A model generated the notes under the pieces. It did no database searches. It saw only the letters and a program-made list of their open reading frames with translations, and was not told the origin of the DNA. Made by a program: the position numbers and the translations under genes. From positions 1 through 64,000 of the forward strand of contig NMRA01000889.1 in NCBI GenBank assembly GCA_002633005.1: a DNA stretch of 64,000 bases. Reading direction: 5' to 3'. Of this stretch, positions 49,176 through 63,100 are shown piece after piece; positions within the stretch are counted from its first letter, which is position 1, and every line of letters begins with the position of its first letter. The DNA is from Phoronis australis (taxonomy: Eukaryota; Animalia; Phoronida).

Positions 49176-52100
49176 TTGTTACTTGGCGAAACATTTCGCC
49201 AAGTATGTTGCTCTTCCAATAAGTTTGTTTTTTGTTTGTTCGCACGATACAGGTCGCAATTTTCGTCCGATCATCACGAAATTTACGCATAACACGTACT
49301 TCTGGAAGTACTGGAAGCCTATTGTTTTTCGTCAAAATCGGATCCAAGATGGCAGCTGTAGCGGCCATTTTGTTTTCATTTAAAGGTTCAAATGCTTCTG
49401 GAGGCTACAATTTTTTACGTAAAAAGCTAAGAATCGGCACAGTAAATGGACCGGAAGTTTTCTACGAGTATACTGGAAATTGTTTACTTCCGGTTAAAGA
49501 TAACGGAAATATCGGCGATCCCGCATGCGCACCTCGATTTTGGCCTAAAGATGTTTTCTCCTGTAGAGGGCGCATTATAAGACCAATTCCTTCGAATTTT
49601 TACAGGTATTAGTTTCTTATGGCATGCTATTATATAAAGCCAAAAAGCGGAAGTTGCTTTCAAGATGGCGAATCTGGCGCATGTTGACCCATTTTCAGTC
49701 GTGCTGGAGTGCGATTTTAAACGGGAAGAGAAAAAGACGTGATTTTTTGCATGTGGATTCTTTGAAGTATATTCCTTCAAAGGGCCTGTAACAATTTTTT
49801 TCTCAGACTTACCGTTTTCGAGTTATTTGAATTTGAATTTCTTAAAAAAAACGCAAAATTTCATTTTTTTTCTAAAAATTTACGGAATTAGGCGATACCA
49901 TCAGTTTAGATAGAATTTTGAACGGGCTTTCAGATGTTTTCCATTTTTCGCTAGGACGTCTACTTTTCGAGTGAGTTATTTGAGATTTTCTGATAACGCT
50001 GTTCCTTTGTTGAGCGCTCTTGCTGCATTGATGTTGGTTTATCTTCTATTGAACTAGTCTGTAGCCTATTTCTTATTGATTTATGACATCTAAGTTCGTC
50101 ATATGAATGTTGTGATGTTGTTCATCATCGCCACCACCATCATCATATTCATCATCTTCGTCATCATCTCCGTCGTTGTCTTTTCCGTTAATTTTGCCAA
50201 GTGTCGCTCAAGACTGTAGCCTTTTTCTTACTGATTTCGGACTTCTTTGTTTGTCATGTGTATGTTATTATTACTTCTTTTGTTCATCCTCGCCACCATC
50301 GTCGTCATATTCGTCATCTTCGTCATCATCTTTATCGTCATCTTTTTGTTTAATTTCGCCAAGTTTCACTGCTCGGACCGCTTTCATGTTGTTTGTTACC
50401 CCAACAGCATTAAAAATTGTTTGTTCGCATGATACAGGTCGCAATTTTCGTCCGATCACAAAATTTACACATAACACGTAGTTCCGGAAGTACTGGAAGC
50501 GTATTGTTTTTCGTCATAATCGGTTCCAAGATGGGGGCTGTGGTGGCCATTTTGTTTTCATTTTAAGACTCAAAGGCTTATAGAGGCTACAATTTTTTAA
50601 ATACAGAGCTGAAAATTGGCACAATTAATGGAATGGAAGTGTGCTAAAAGTATACAGTAAATTGTTTACTTCCGGTTAAAGATGGCGGAAATATCGGCGA
50701 TCGCGCACCTCGATTTTGGCCTAAAAACATTTTCTCCTGTAGAGGGCGCATTATAAGACCAATTCTTTCGAATTTTTACAGGTATTAGTTTCTTATGACA
50801 TGCTATTATACAAAGCCAAAAAACCGGAAGTTGCTTTCAAGATGGCGGATCTGGTGCATGTTGACCCATTTTCAGTCGTGCTGGAGTGCGATTTTAAACG
50901 GGAAGAGAAAAAGACGGTATTTTTTGCATGTGGATTCTTTGAAGTATATTCTTTCAAATGGCCTGTAACAATTTTTTTCTCAGACTTACCGTTTTCGAGT
51001 TATTTGACTTTGAATTTCTTAAAAAGAAATGCAAAATTTCGTTTTTTTCAAAAAATTTACGGAATTAGGCGATACCATCAGTTTAAATAGAATTTTGAAC
51101 GGGCTTTCAGAAGATGTTTTCCATTTTTCGCTAGGACGTCTACTTTTCGAGTGAGTTATTTGAGATTTTCTGATAACGCTGTTCCTTTGTTGAGCGCTCT
51201 TGCTGCATTGATGTTGGTTTATCTTCTATTGAACTAGACTGTAGCCTATTTCTTATTGATTTATGACATCTAAGTTCGTCATATGAATGTTGTGATGTTG
51301 TTCATCATCGCTACCACCATCATCGTATTCGTCATCATCGTCATCATCTTCGTCATCATCTCCGTCGTTGTCTTTTCCGTTAATTTTGCCAAGTGTCGCT
51401 CAAGAGTGCAGCCTTTTTCTTATTGATTTCGGACTTCTACGTTCATCATGTGTATGTTATTATTTCTTCTTTTGTTCATCCTCGCCATCATCGTCGTCAT
51501 ATTCGTCATCTTCGTCATCATCTTTATCGTCATCTTTTTGGTTAATTTCGCCAAGTTTTGCTCCCCGGAGCGCTTTCATTTTTTTTGTTCGCACTCTACA
51601 GTACGCAATTTTCGTCCGATTCTCATGAAATTTGCACATGACGTGTAGATCAGAAAGTCCTGGAAGCCTATTGTTTTTGGTCATGATCGGATTCAAAATG
51701 GCGGACGTGGTGGCCATTTTGTTTCCGATTTCACACTCAAATGCTCATAGAGGCCACATTTTTGACGTACAAAGCTGAAACTTAGTATGATTATTACTGA
51801 ACACATGTGCTACAAGTGTGCCAAAAAACGTTGACTTCCGGTTAAAGATGGCGTAAATATTGACAATGGCGCATGTGTACCTTGATAACTGGCCGAAATT
51901 TTTTTTTCCCGTAGAGGGCGCATTGGCAAACCTATCACTTTCAAACTGGTCACGTGTTTGTTGCTATTGATCAGCTTTTATAAAATTTTGTTTAACCGGA
52001 AGTCACTTTCAAGATGGCGACTCTGGAGCATTTTCACCCGTTTTCAATCATTCTGGTGTCGCATTTTTAACGGGAAGAGCAAATGACGTGAATTTTTGCA

Positions 52101-52569
52101 TGTGGATTCCTCGAAGTATGCTTTTTAAAAAGTTCTGCAAAAACGTTTTTCTCAGACTTACCGTTTTCGAGTTGTTCGACTTTGAATTTCAAAAAAAAAC
52201 GCAAAATTTGAATTTTTTCGAAAAAAATTATGGAATGTTGCGAAACTATATCAATTTAGATAGAGTTTGGAACGGGCTTTCAGAAGATGTTTTCCATTAT
52301 TCACTAGGATGTCTACTTTTCGAATTATTTGACATTTTCTGATAGCGCTGTTCCTTTGTTGAGCGCTCTTACTGCATTGATGTTGGTTTAGTTTATTTGA
52401 ACAAGACTGTAGCTTATTTCTTACTAATTTATTACATCTAAGTTCGTCGTATGAATGTTATCGTGTTGATCATAATCGCCACCTTCATCGTTATGATCGT
52501 CGTTTTCCTCCCCATCGTACTTTTTTCGCGTAATTTCGCCAAGTGTCGCTGCTCCAAGCGCTCTCGTTT
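49176..52569 (+). mobile_element. Second HINE-like family; about three tandem ~1.17-1.19 kb units
   Basis: 5' palindrome TACTTGGCGAAA-CA-TTTCGCCAAGTA (49180-49205), 3' TTTCGCCAAGT subTIR plus hairpin and TTT; units restart at ~49235, 50420 and 51585; (TCA/TCG)n tracts. Confidence 0.7.
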
Positions 52570-53402
52570 TGATATGTCATATAGTCCTGTAGTAAGCTGG
52601 CCTTTTGAAGGTCTTTTCATACTGACTTAACTCCGGTCTGATTGGAGCGTCGAGTAAGCTGCGAAGTTTACTAAACAATTTATACCAGCTTTGGTAGTTA
52701 ACGGACATTGAAGTAAACAGGTGACGCTGTTGTCATTGAAGTAATCGTAAGGTAGCGCTGCACTCTAAGATTTTTTTAATGTGACAATTTGGGAACATTT
52801 ACATGTGCTAATTGACATAAAACTTATAATATTTTCAATTCGACTGGTGATTATTCGAGCAAAATATAAGCAACTATTAGTGACGACACTACCCTGACAA
52901 TGACAGTGGCACCTGGCATAGCGTCGACGTGGCTGTTAAATCCACCTGTTAATTGCAAAGTAAACTGGTGCTGTTAACTTTGATCCAAGAATGAAGTTGA
53001 CCATTCATACTGACCGCAAAACATCGATGCGTGGACATTAGTATGAAAGGCCCTCAAGACACACTTGACATCAATTTATCTCATAGCCATTATTGAAGTG
53101 TATTACTTTACATGCATTTTCAGAACTGAAAGTTGCAAATGCGTACTATGGTATGTTAAAGTTACTAGAACTTAGTCCGCAGTATAGCGGAATGGTGAAA
53201 TTAATTTTTTCAATATTTCATGAAAAACTAATTGGGAATAAACTTTACTTCATTATTTACACAATGCGCTGTGGTCATTAACAGACACATGATGACATTT
53301 TGAAGATTTTTAGCAACGGTAAGCTTTAGAAAAAAGAAAAACACAAACTTTTTTGAATTTGAGAAAACTTGACAATAGCTTGGCTCAAGGGTACACTGTG
53401 CA

Positions 53403-55757
53403 TTTTTATGCGCCCACAAATTTATATGTGGACGCATTATGCCGTCATCTCGGGCCGGCCATCCGGCCGGCCAGGCGCCGTCCGCTGCTCTATCTTCAAA
53501 ACCCTTTGACATACGTTCATGAAATTTAGCACATATGTTCCTTTCATGAATGGGATGGCATGAGCAAACTTTCGGACAGATCCGACTACCGGTGTGCCCT
53601 GTAGTGGCAATTTTAGTTTTTTACGCTTACCTTTGTATCTTCAAAAGTCCTGAACAGATTTTTATGAAATTTGGTATGTAGGCACCTATTAGTGAGATGA
53701 CGCTATCCTCCCGTTTTCGGATGGATTCAATGTAGTTTGCACCACCTAGTGGCCATTTTTACTGTTTTTGAGTCTGTTTTTTGCGTTCACCCCTCTATCA
53801 ACCAAACCGCTCAAAGGATGATTGTGGAAATTGGCGTGTACATGCTTGCTATGAAGAGGAGGATTGACGATGATTTTCCGACGATTTTGACTACTGTGGC
53901 GTCTCCTAGTGGCAGTTTTAGCAAGTGTATTTATATGATGTTCACTACGGATGACGACGACTTTCGGACCGATCTGACTACTGCTGTGCCCTGTAGTGGC
54001 AATTTTGATTTTTTACGTTTAACTCAGTATCTTCAAAGGTCCTCAACAGATTTTCATAAAATTTTAAATATAGGCATCTATTGGTGTGGTGACGCTATCT
54101 TCCTGTTTTTGGATGGAATGGAGGTATTTTGCACCACCTAGTGGCCATTTTTTGCTGTTTTCAAATCTTGTTTTTGGTGTCCACTGTGTATCAACCAAAT
54201 CATTTGAAAATTGGCGTATATGTTCTCAGTGTGAAGATGACCTTTGATGATGGTGTCTGACTACTGCGGTGCCTTCTAGTGGTAGTTTTGTTTTGCACCC
54301 ATAGTTGTATCTCCTAAACCCACTGCAGGATCTTTGCTAAATTTAGTATGGTATTCGCTGTAATAACCGCCCATTGCTTGAATTAAAATAGTTTCGACTC
54401 AAGCAAATTACCTGAAATCCTCATTAAGTTTTCTAAGTAACATCTGTAAGATTTTTTTGTTAAGTTCCCGTGGAGTCTGGATTATTGGCAGGTTTAAGTA
54501 CAAATCTGTGCAACAACGTGCCATTTACATGTATGATCGGCAACACGGCGAGAAAAATTTCTGGACGAACACACATGTTGTTGTCACGTGACGTTTGTTT
54601 TGAAGTTCGTCTGCGAGTAAGCGAGCGCGTGCATGTCACCAAAGTTCATTTGCCAAAGCAGAAACCGTCTTTTGGCCAGAGCCACGCAATCTAACGAGCT
54701 AGATGTGCATTGTGTGTAAAGAAATTTGCACAAGCAGTAGGCCTAAACCAGAACGTGTTTCATTCAGCACTAGCCGGTCTCGTGCTAAAAACGTTCGACA
54801 TTTGTTTCGGTAAGGCCCATATTAGTCGCCGTGTAGCTGGATGCGTACGTAACTATCTGACAGTTATTTTTCGGTGTAAGCATTCACTGTCAGTTGTCAT
54901 TTTATCGGATATTCGGCTTAAAAACACCAATTATGGTTAATCAAACAATCCATCTAAAAAATAATGCAAACATGTTTTATAGTATTAGAAATTGTCGGAA
55001 ATTAGTGCCAATATTCATTTCTTACTGATGCTATGCTACCCATTTCATGAATTGATAGTTCCCGACTAATGTCTTTGATGACAGGTTCCTGTATGTAGCG
55101 CGCACTTCCTGGCCACGTGCGTTTAACACCCGAGTTATTTTTATTCATGAGACAGTCGATGTGTGTACTGGAAGGTCATACCATAGTGCACACGGTCGTC
55201 GCGAGAGCATAACAACGCTGTTGCGTTCTTTTTGAAGCGCGTTACTTTGAAGTGTAAAGTCACGGCTAAATACAAAGTAGCAGTGCCGCTGGTGGTCTAG
55301 AAGACCCGTGCAAAATTTTTTTGATCAATTGAAGACGTTACTGTAGCCGAGTTTTAGGACTGTAGATACGTCATTGTTCGCTTGTACGCGTTCATGGACT
55401 GGGCGCTTATTTCAGCAAAGTCTGAAAACGCGTAGGGGGCGCTTATAGGGGCATGGGCGGTTATTACGGCGAATACGGTAAGTGTATTTAGATGAAGATA
55501 ACTACAGACGACGACTTTCAGGCAGATCCAACGGACACTGTGCCCACTAGTGGCAATTTCATTTTATTCTGTTTTCCTTTGTTTCTCTGAAGTTCCTTGA
55601 CAGATTTTTATGAATTATGGCATGTTCCTGTTTTTTGGATTAATTGTATTTTTTGCGCCATCTAGTGGCCATTTTTATGATACAAATAAATAACTCTAAA
55701 AGCACACCATTTGCAATGCATTCGTGGGCGCATTTCAATGGTCCGCGTTGCTCTTGT
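53403..55757 (+). mobile_element. HINE-like element interrupted by a TA-flanked MITE
   Basis: Same 5' head and 3' end as the other copies; host sequence aaatttagta|agtgtattta is split by the insertion at 54349-55478. Confidence 0.78.
54349..55478 (-). mobile_element. Inverted second copy of the same TA-flanked MITE
   Basis: Reverse complement of most of 43167-44230; TA duplication at 54347-48 and 55479-80 verified against the host repeat sequence. Confidence 0.85.
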
Positions 55758-56115
55758 CAAAATTATTGTTGGATGGGATAGGCTTAACTGAAGGAACTAC
55801 AGTTTTGAATGAAATTTGTTTTTGCTATTGTACTCCAATGTCTCTCTCATAACACAACAGACTAAGGTATTTGTAAAGTTACCAAAAATACTTATCAAAT
55901 CTTCCGAATGAAAATGCTTTGCTGTTAAAGAACACTTAAAATTTATTCTTAAAAACAAAACTGGTATATAGTGAAGCAAAATTTGAATTTTCACAAAAAA
56001 TGTCATTAAACTCTTCACACAAACAGCCTTTTACCATTCAAACTTCTAGAAATCACAGTCTTTGAATAACAAAATAAAGATATTAATTTTCAACACAAAT
56101 TCTTCATCAGGTGGC

Positions 56116-57174
56116 TTAAATTTCATTTTCACAAATCATTTTTTCAGTTTCTTTCACAATTGTTTCGTGGTCCATTTCAATAGAAGTGTCCCTTACTTGT
56201 CGCCGCCATCGTAACATTATCAGCAGCTCGTTAAAAAATTCGGGAATGCAAGCGACATACACAATGAAAGTTGTGTATAAGTTGGCATGTCTGACAAATA
56301 TACACACATGGTTGGCCAACTGGTATTTAACCGCTATGTGCGGTAACTCCATGTAGTCCTCTCGCGGAAGCGAGTAAGTGACAATGTTAATGATGGTCAC
56401 TGGACTGCTGAGAAGAAAAAACACAGTACTCAATGCCATCGTGGCGCAGTAGAACTCAGCGCATTTGGCAGTTTCCGATATCCGCACCAACAGCATCCCG
56501 ACAAAGTTTATGACGACGCCTACGGCAACAACGATTATTGGTATGTAGCTGTTGATAACTGCACTGACGTACTCCCAGACTAAAAAGAGAGGCTCTCGCA
56601 CAAAAACCTGTGACATGACGCAGTGTTTATCCCGAGTAAGCATGAAGGTGTACGTCTTGTAAAAGTTAACGAAAACAAGTACCGTGTAGACCACGGTTAT
56701 TTTGGCCTTAGCAAGGAAGCGTGTGCTAGTCCTGCAAGCCTTGTCCGGCCAGTAGATGAGTAGGCACAAGTCCAGCACTAGGAGTGCCATCAACCACTGT
56801 GATGGGTACGTGACAAGCACCTCGATAAACTTCCATAGTCGGCAGCTCCAGTCCTGATGGTAGTATAGAGGAACAAAGGGATTGGATAGAACCTCGATCC
56901 ACGAGGGCGCCACTTGCAGTGTGACTGTAACCAAGTTCATGTAGCAATAGATGTAGAAGTAAAACCCGAGCGTGCACTTGGCTTGGGGTAGTCGGCGGAG
57001 AACCAAGATTGACAACACATTTGTAATTACTCCACCAAAGATGATGATCGGAAAGAAGTATTGGTTCAGAATTTTATATGCTTGATACTCAATTGAGGTG
57101 AGCACGTCGTATTGCATGTACCCGCTGGTTGTTCCATTCAGATCGAGTGAATCGTTGCTGTGTTCAGACTCCAT
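56116..57174 (-). CDS. Rhodopsin-like (class A) 7TM GPCR, peptide-receptor/orphan type, 352 aa, coding region in one exon
   Basis: Uninterrupted ORF with about seven hydrophobic segments, N-terminal N-glycosylation sequons (NDS, NGT), TM1 GVITN, Cys at the top of TM3 (WSCR) and in ECL2 (KHC), TM5 YIP, TM6 SSP. An acceptor (ttctttgcag, minus) precedes 57203, so the ORF upstream of it is probably intronic and Met 57174 is the likely start. Confidence 0.88.
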   Translation of the reverse strand: MESEHSNDSLDLNGTTSGYMQYDVLTSIEYQAYKILNQYFFPIIIFGGVITNVLSILVLRRLPQAKCTLGFYFYIYCYMNLVTVTLQVAPSWIEVLSNPFVPLYYHQDWSCRLWKFIEVLVTYPSQWLMALLVLDLCLLIYWPDKACRTSTRFLAKAKITVVYTVLVFVNFYKTYTFMLTRDKHCVMSQVFVREPLFLVWEYVSAVINSYIPIIVVAVGVVINFVGMLLVRISETAKCAEFYCATMALSTVFFLLSSPVTIINIVTYSLPREDYMELPHIAVKYQLANHVCIFVRHANLYTTFIVYVACIPEFFNELLIMLRWRRQVRDTSIEMDHETIVKETEKMICENEI

Positions 57175-60100
57175 TAGTTTTCGCTGTCTCGAGCCACGGC
57201 AATCTGCAAAGAAGCAAAGAAGTGATGAAAAACTTAATGGACATAAAGAAAAATGAAAATCTGTTGTGAAATAAGTATTCAGACATTGACAAGACCACCT
57301 GATGCTGTGATGAGACCACGATTTTCTATGCCAGTCCACCACAGCTACATTTAATCTCCCATCTTCCCAGTGTATTTTTTATAGTATTTTGGTATTTTGT
57401 ATGGTACTTCTTTATTTTATTTGTAAGTCATAACCTTTTTTAAGTTATATGTGAATGAGTCAAACATTAATGTTAACTTTGTGTATTGAAAATAACCGTT
57501 TCCTTTGAAACGGTGACTTTTAGATATTACATAAGGTATATATATATTCAACTTCTTAAAGAAAAAAACTCAAAAACAATTCTTTTCACCTTAAGCAATT
57601 ATGTGCATGTAACGATTACCTTTAATGGTTGAATGGTTTAGAACTGTCATAAAAATCAGGTACATCAATATTTCTGCCTCTTAACATAGTCAACATCTTC
57701 ATTAAAATGACAATAGAAGTTCTCGTGAGATTTTCATCTACATAACTTGGCTCATTTTTATTTAATAGAGATAATGGCATTTATGGAGAAACGTTTGATT
57801 TATCCCTTGGGGCATCTCTTGCCAAGAAATGTTTACTTTATTTTACATCATTGCTTACCGCGTTGTTTTAATTGCACAATTGATGTGGCTGTTTATTCAC
57901 TCTCAGTTTTTGCTTCCGGTTTCTTTCTACGTCCTAGATTTAATCACTTCCTTATGAACCTGTTTCAGTGTATAAACAGGTCTGTAATAAAATATACAAT
58001 ACAAAAATTTTTATATTAATCTTAAATTGGTGTAAAAAAATATATCACAAACATTTCCAAGTCTGGTCAGTACGCCACCTGTGACCACATTACTTGACCT
58101 ATTGAATATAAGTCTGAAAAGATTTCTACACTAACTGGGACTCGAACCCAGAACATTCCGGGTCAATTAAGGTCGATCTAAGACTAGTGTCTATCTCAAT
58201 GCTACACACACAGACCACCATTTACATTTTGGCTCTCATCATCCGATTGAGCATAAACTTTGTGTTATTCGTACCCTGTATCACTGTGTGTACCTGATTA
58301 TCTCTGACGATAATGACAGGACAGTAGAGGAACTCTGGATTCATGACTCACATTGGCTCTGTTGCAAAGTTACCCGTAGAACACCCAGATTGGAAATTAA
58401 CAACATTGACGCTCCACAACCAGATTGACCATTGACAAGGATTCCTTATGTAGGAAGACTGTAAAAAATCCCAATCTATATTCAGGACATTTTATATCAC
58501 CACATCATTCAAACCTGTTGGCACTTAATGATGGCAAAAACTCCTGAAACTTGTGTAGGTGAAACCAAGCTGTGCTTGAATGCATGGTTGTCCTAACACA
58601 GTGGGCCTTAAAAGCTACAGGGACACTTATGACTCTGTCGTAATTACCCAGTGTCAGGGATCTGGTCACAGCTTTGACCTTCACAATGTACTAAATCCTT
58701 TGCAAGGAGAAAAATTGTTCTGAATGAGCAGTCAAGGAGCGTATATACAAAAAATTGAAAATCTATCTTTGAACGGAAGAGGTGGCTTGAGATTCAACCT
58801 ATCGCACACCTGGGACAGGATTCTGGCTAAAGTTTCCCGCTAATTTTCTTAACCCTGTCCAAATCCACCAGAGATGATAGGCTTGAAAAAGCCAGCAAAT
58901 GTTGGCGAAATGTTGCCTTTCATCTCATCTCTAGTAAGTTCAGTAAGGACTCATAATTTTTCTGCATATCGAATGGATGAAGTCCTTTTAAAGTCTGTTT
59001 GAAATTCTAGTTTCTGAGTTGCTTAAAAGCGTCTGTTATATTAACACTACTTTAAATAGGAAAAGAATGCACTACATGGGAGAAAAGATCTCATGTAGAG
59101 GACAAGAAATTTACAGATTGAAGTTTCATGTTCTGATAATCTGTTGCTCATGGCAGGTGGGATTCATCGATTACTACCACCCCAGGAGGACATTGTGTAG
59201 TAAAGGGTGACATATTTTCTGGTTACGAACTCTGAGAGACCACCAAGGAAACATCCATGTATTGTATATGCAATCCACGAATGTTGTTGATTCTGTACGA
59301 TTTGTGTACGTTCTGCCAAAAGAGCTCAAATCAATAACGCAATAATAAATCCTGAACTTTCTGCAACTTCCTGTGTTTAAAGTGTTATAATCGCCAAGAA
59401 TTGTGGCGTATGAAATCGGCCCCCATGCAAAATCAAACATACAACGAGTCTGTAGATGCAGTCTTTGATTTTGCTAAATGCGAAATGCCACTTGTTAAAT
59501 GACGGAGTATTTTAATTAGCATATAAATCTGGTAAAGTCACTAGCCTCAATTTCAGCGAATGGCTGGCAGAAAACAGCAAGAATCGACAATTTGTAAGAA
59601 AATAACAAAAACAACAGATTTTGTTGTTTTTTATAGCTCTAAAGCTAATAACTTCAAAACGTTTATCCCGTGTAAAATAAGTCCAAAAATGTATTTTTGT
59701 CAGTAAACCTATTTATACCCCTTTTAAGTTGGTGTCCATAAAGTAAAATCTAGATATGGTTGCTCTGACATATTTAGCGCACAATGGCTTATAAGGAAAA
59801 TTCTATTGTCAAATTTCTCTACAAAAGTCGGGATAAAACAAACTAAAGTCTGTTACTAGAATGGTTTGTTCTGTGGAGATGCCATGAACAACAGTTTTGT
59901 GACTTGCCATGACATTCTCATGAAAATGGTTTTTTATGTAAAATCTCACCAATTTTTGACAAAAACAATTGCGAAAATTGCCTTTTTTCATTTTTAATCG
60001 GTATGCCCACAGTGTCTCAAAACATTGTCATATGAGAACTTGGTACAGAGCTTGAATATGGAAAACCATTAACTTGGTGCTACACATCTTCCATGGAAAA

Positions 60101-63100
60101 ATGAAAAAAATAAAATCTCACTTAGTTGTTGGCCATGTTTTTTGATTTGTACCCTACTTCTTCTTCAGTTGAATGTTTGGAACAAAATATTCACCATGGC
60201 TTTGTGGAACACAATTAGCAAATTTCTGACCTCGCCGAACGATTTTGTTTTTGCCAGATTTTAATGGCTGTGTTAATGAGGCGCTTCATGTTACAGTTAA
60301 ATGCTTTGGTGTTAGCGCCTCTGTGTTAGTCTGTTGCATGGTCTGTGTACCTAGTTGCTCTTGATTGATTCGCGTGATTTAAGATGATATCCCCAAGGAC
60401 TATGGTCTTGTTTCCGGCTTACGGTTGTACAATTGTGACATCACTAAACAGCTATGAAGGTCATTCCGCAAAAGATCCATTTTCTGGATTTTGTCACATG
60501 TCAGCTACAACATACTTTTATTAAGAGCCTCACTTGATTGTCTGTAGTAGTCTGCTGTCTTGAATGATAGGAACATTGTTGTTATGATCAAGCTCAAAAA
60601 ATGTCCTCGCAGACTTACACCAATGACATGCTTTTGTGACTTCATGTGTTTTGGGAATAAAATACCACCTCAATCAATAATTGCACTGGACGCCAATTGG
60701 GGCATACGTGTATGTAGTTTGATGACCTAACAGCGAATAATTCTTAGAATAGTCATCTGGAACAATGTTAGTTGAAGGAATATTTCACATTTCAATGACT
60801 TTTTTGCATTGGTCTTCTGCTGTCACTGTCTGTAAAGAATTGCTTGAGGCACTATATCAGCAGTCCTGTGGAAAAACTCCTCAAATCCTAGAATACCTTC
60901 AGGTGTCATATAAGCTGCAATGCTGTATTAAGGGTGGAAATACCTATGCATACTGAACAAGCATCTTGTTGTGCCAGGTTTGGCTGGAATTTAGTAGGTC
61001 TACCAATGCCTGCCCTAAGGGGTAAGGTTGGTGGTACTCATGTGTACGGTAATTTGACTTATTTAGCACACTCGCCTCATTTCACACACAAAAGATTGTT
61101 GTGAAAAATAGTACTTTGTCCCTCATTTATTTCACACAAGGCTATTTGCCTCGCCTAATTCGCACCCAGTCAGTTTTGTACTTTGGAAAATGTCAACTCC
61201 TTTCATCTTTAATTTCTGCCAACAGGCCTTTTTACCTGTGTTTATCAGGTCTGAACATTGTACATTCATGCATTTAAACGGGATGTCTCATACTGTTGCA
61301 TATATTTCATCAAAAAGCTTTTGTCACTCTTTATATCTTACAAGGACATAAGTTGAACATAAATATTGTCATTCTTTAAAACAAAATAATCAGATTATGT
61401 GTAATTTCAGTTTCTGGCATGTTGTTTGCTAATTATTCTTACCTTGTATGATATCGCAGAAGGAACACTGCCACTGTAAAATTGAATGAAAAAGATAAGT
61501 ATCGGTAAGTGATCATCTACTGTGGTGTTCCTGAATTGAAATGTTTCCGATAAATTCTTGATCTCCTTTGATTAACGAAGAAACCTTAGGCGCTCACAGT
61601 TGCTTTATGCCTCCTTCACTGAAAAGTCTGTCGACATCAGCGCTTGACGCTATGAAAATCGCCAGGTCGCATTTTGCAACCTAGCCAACATCCCAGGTAG
61701 CATTTTCAGATTGCAAACTTTTCCCGCTATTTTATGCACCAAATTAATTTTTTTAAAACATCGAGAAAATTTTAGATTATACAGTATGTTCTTACCTGCA
61801 GCACTAAATACTCAAAATTTCAGGTCACAAAAATGAGTTATTATATGCATGTGCGGCGTTACTGTTCTTCACGACCACCATTGAAAGGCTCTAGAGCACA
61901 AGGCTAGTTGCCGACGTAAAATTTGGCTCAGTGCTCTCTAAACAACGCGTACATTTGAGTAGCTAAGTTTGCAAAGTGAAAATACTTGTTGAAAAAGTAT
62001 TCGCGACTTTGCTAGGTCTGACCTGCTATAGGACTGTCATCAAGGTCGTCAAAGATCGAAACTAACTCTAAGTGCTAACTCCTGCCAAACTTCGCAACTT
62101 TACATTTGAAACACATCCTATCAAAAAAGTCGGTGAAACGTTGCCCTAGCCGAATGACGTATAGATGCGCGGGAACAATTCAGCGCAAATTTCACAGCAA
62201 AAAATGCTGTTTACGCATTAAACAATTAATTTTCCATGAAATGAGAAGCCTCGAAATGCAACATGACCGTTAAAATTATTGAGAAGCCTCTCAAGCAAAA
62301 CCCATTTTTCAACTTTTACTGTCACACCTTGCTTATGATCTTTAACAGCATGTTACTACATTAAAATGTGAAAATGGGATGAGATGTGGTTCTAAATAAA
62401 ATTAAATAAAATAAATGAACTTTTTTGTGGTTTGCTAAACTATGAAAGTAAATAAAAATGCTGACTGCCAAAAAAAAGTATTTTAAGAGGATTAAAGTAG
62501 AATTTCACCAGTTTAGGATGTGATAAAATGTCAGACAGGTGAAATTTTATTTTCTCATTTTTTCACGAATGATGCTTTGCCATATCTAATTTCTATACCA
62601 TACCTACCGACGGACAATATTTTGAAAAATTATGGGCATTAAAAACGTTTGAAGCCATTGGAAATTGAATGAAGTGCAGTTTTGAGAATTATTTTTGTCT
62701 GAAATTGGTGAGATTTTGTTGTTTGTTGTACTTCGAAGAAGTCTTGTCGGAAATCATGAATAAGAATGAGTTGAAATTAATCAATTCAGTGTTATGCATC
62801 ACCAGAGAATTTGCTGAAGATTTGTTTTGAATTCCCCGAATTTCTGATGAGCAGATGTCAACTTCTCCATTTTTATTGAAAACCTAACTGTATTCTCAGG
62901 AGAATGTTGAACCAAATCTGCCTTGTGCAGTAGAAGCTTGGTTAAGTTACGTGGTTGTCACAGTACATGTGTAAGAAAGTATTGATTTTAGCAGAAAAGA
63001 AAAAAAATCAATAGTTGAAACATTAAAATGAAATGTGAAAATTAGTTTTTTTTTTGTAGCTTGCCATGCAGAGGGAAATGAAATAGTCTGCGATTAGTTT

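Noticed and set aside
50176-51717. Ser-rich, Asp-rich and hydrophobic ORFs
   Set aside because: Translations of (TCA/TCG)n tracts duplicated in the tandem units of a repeat element.
57175-57342. N-terminal 56 aa of the 408-aa GPCR ORF
   Set aside because: Non-ATG start; contains a polypyrimidine tract and AG acceptor ending at 57204, so it is probably intron plus 5'UTR.
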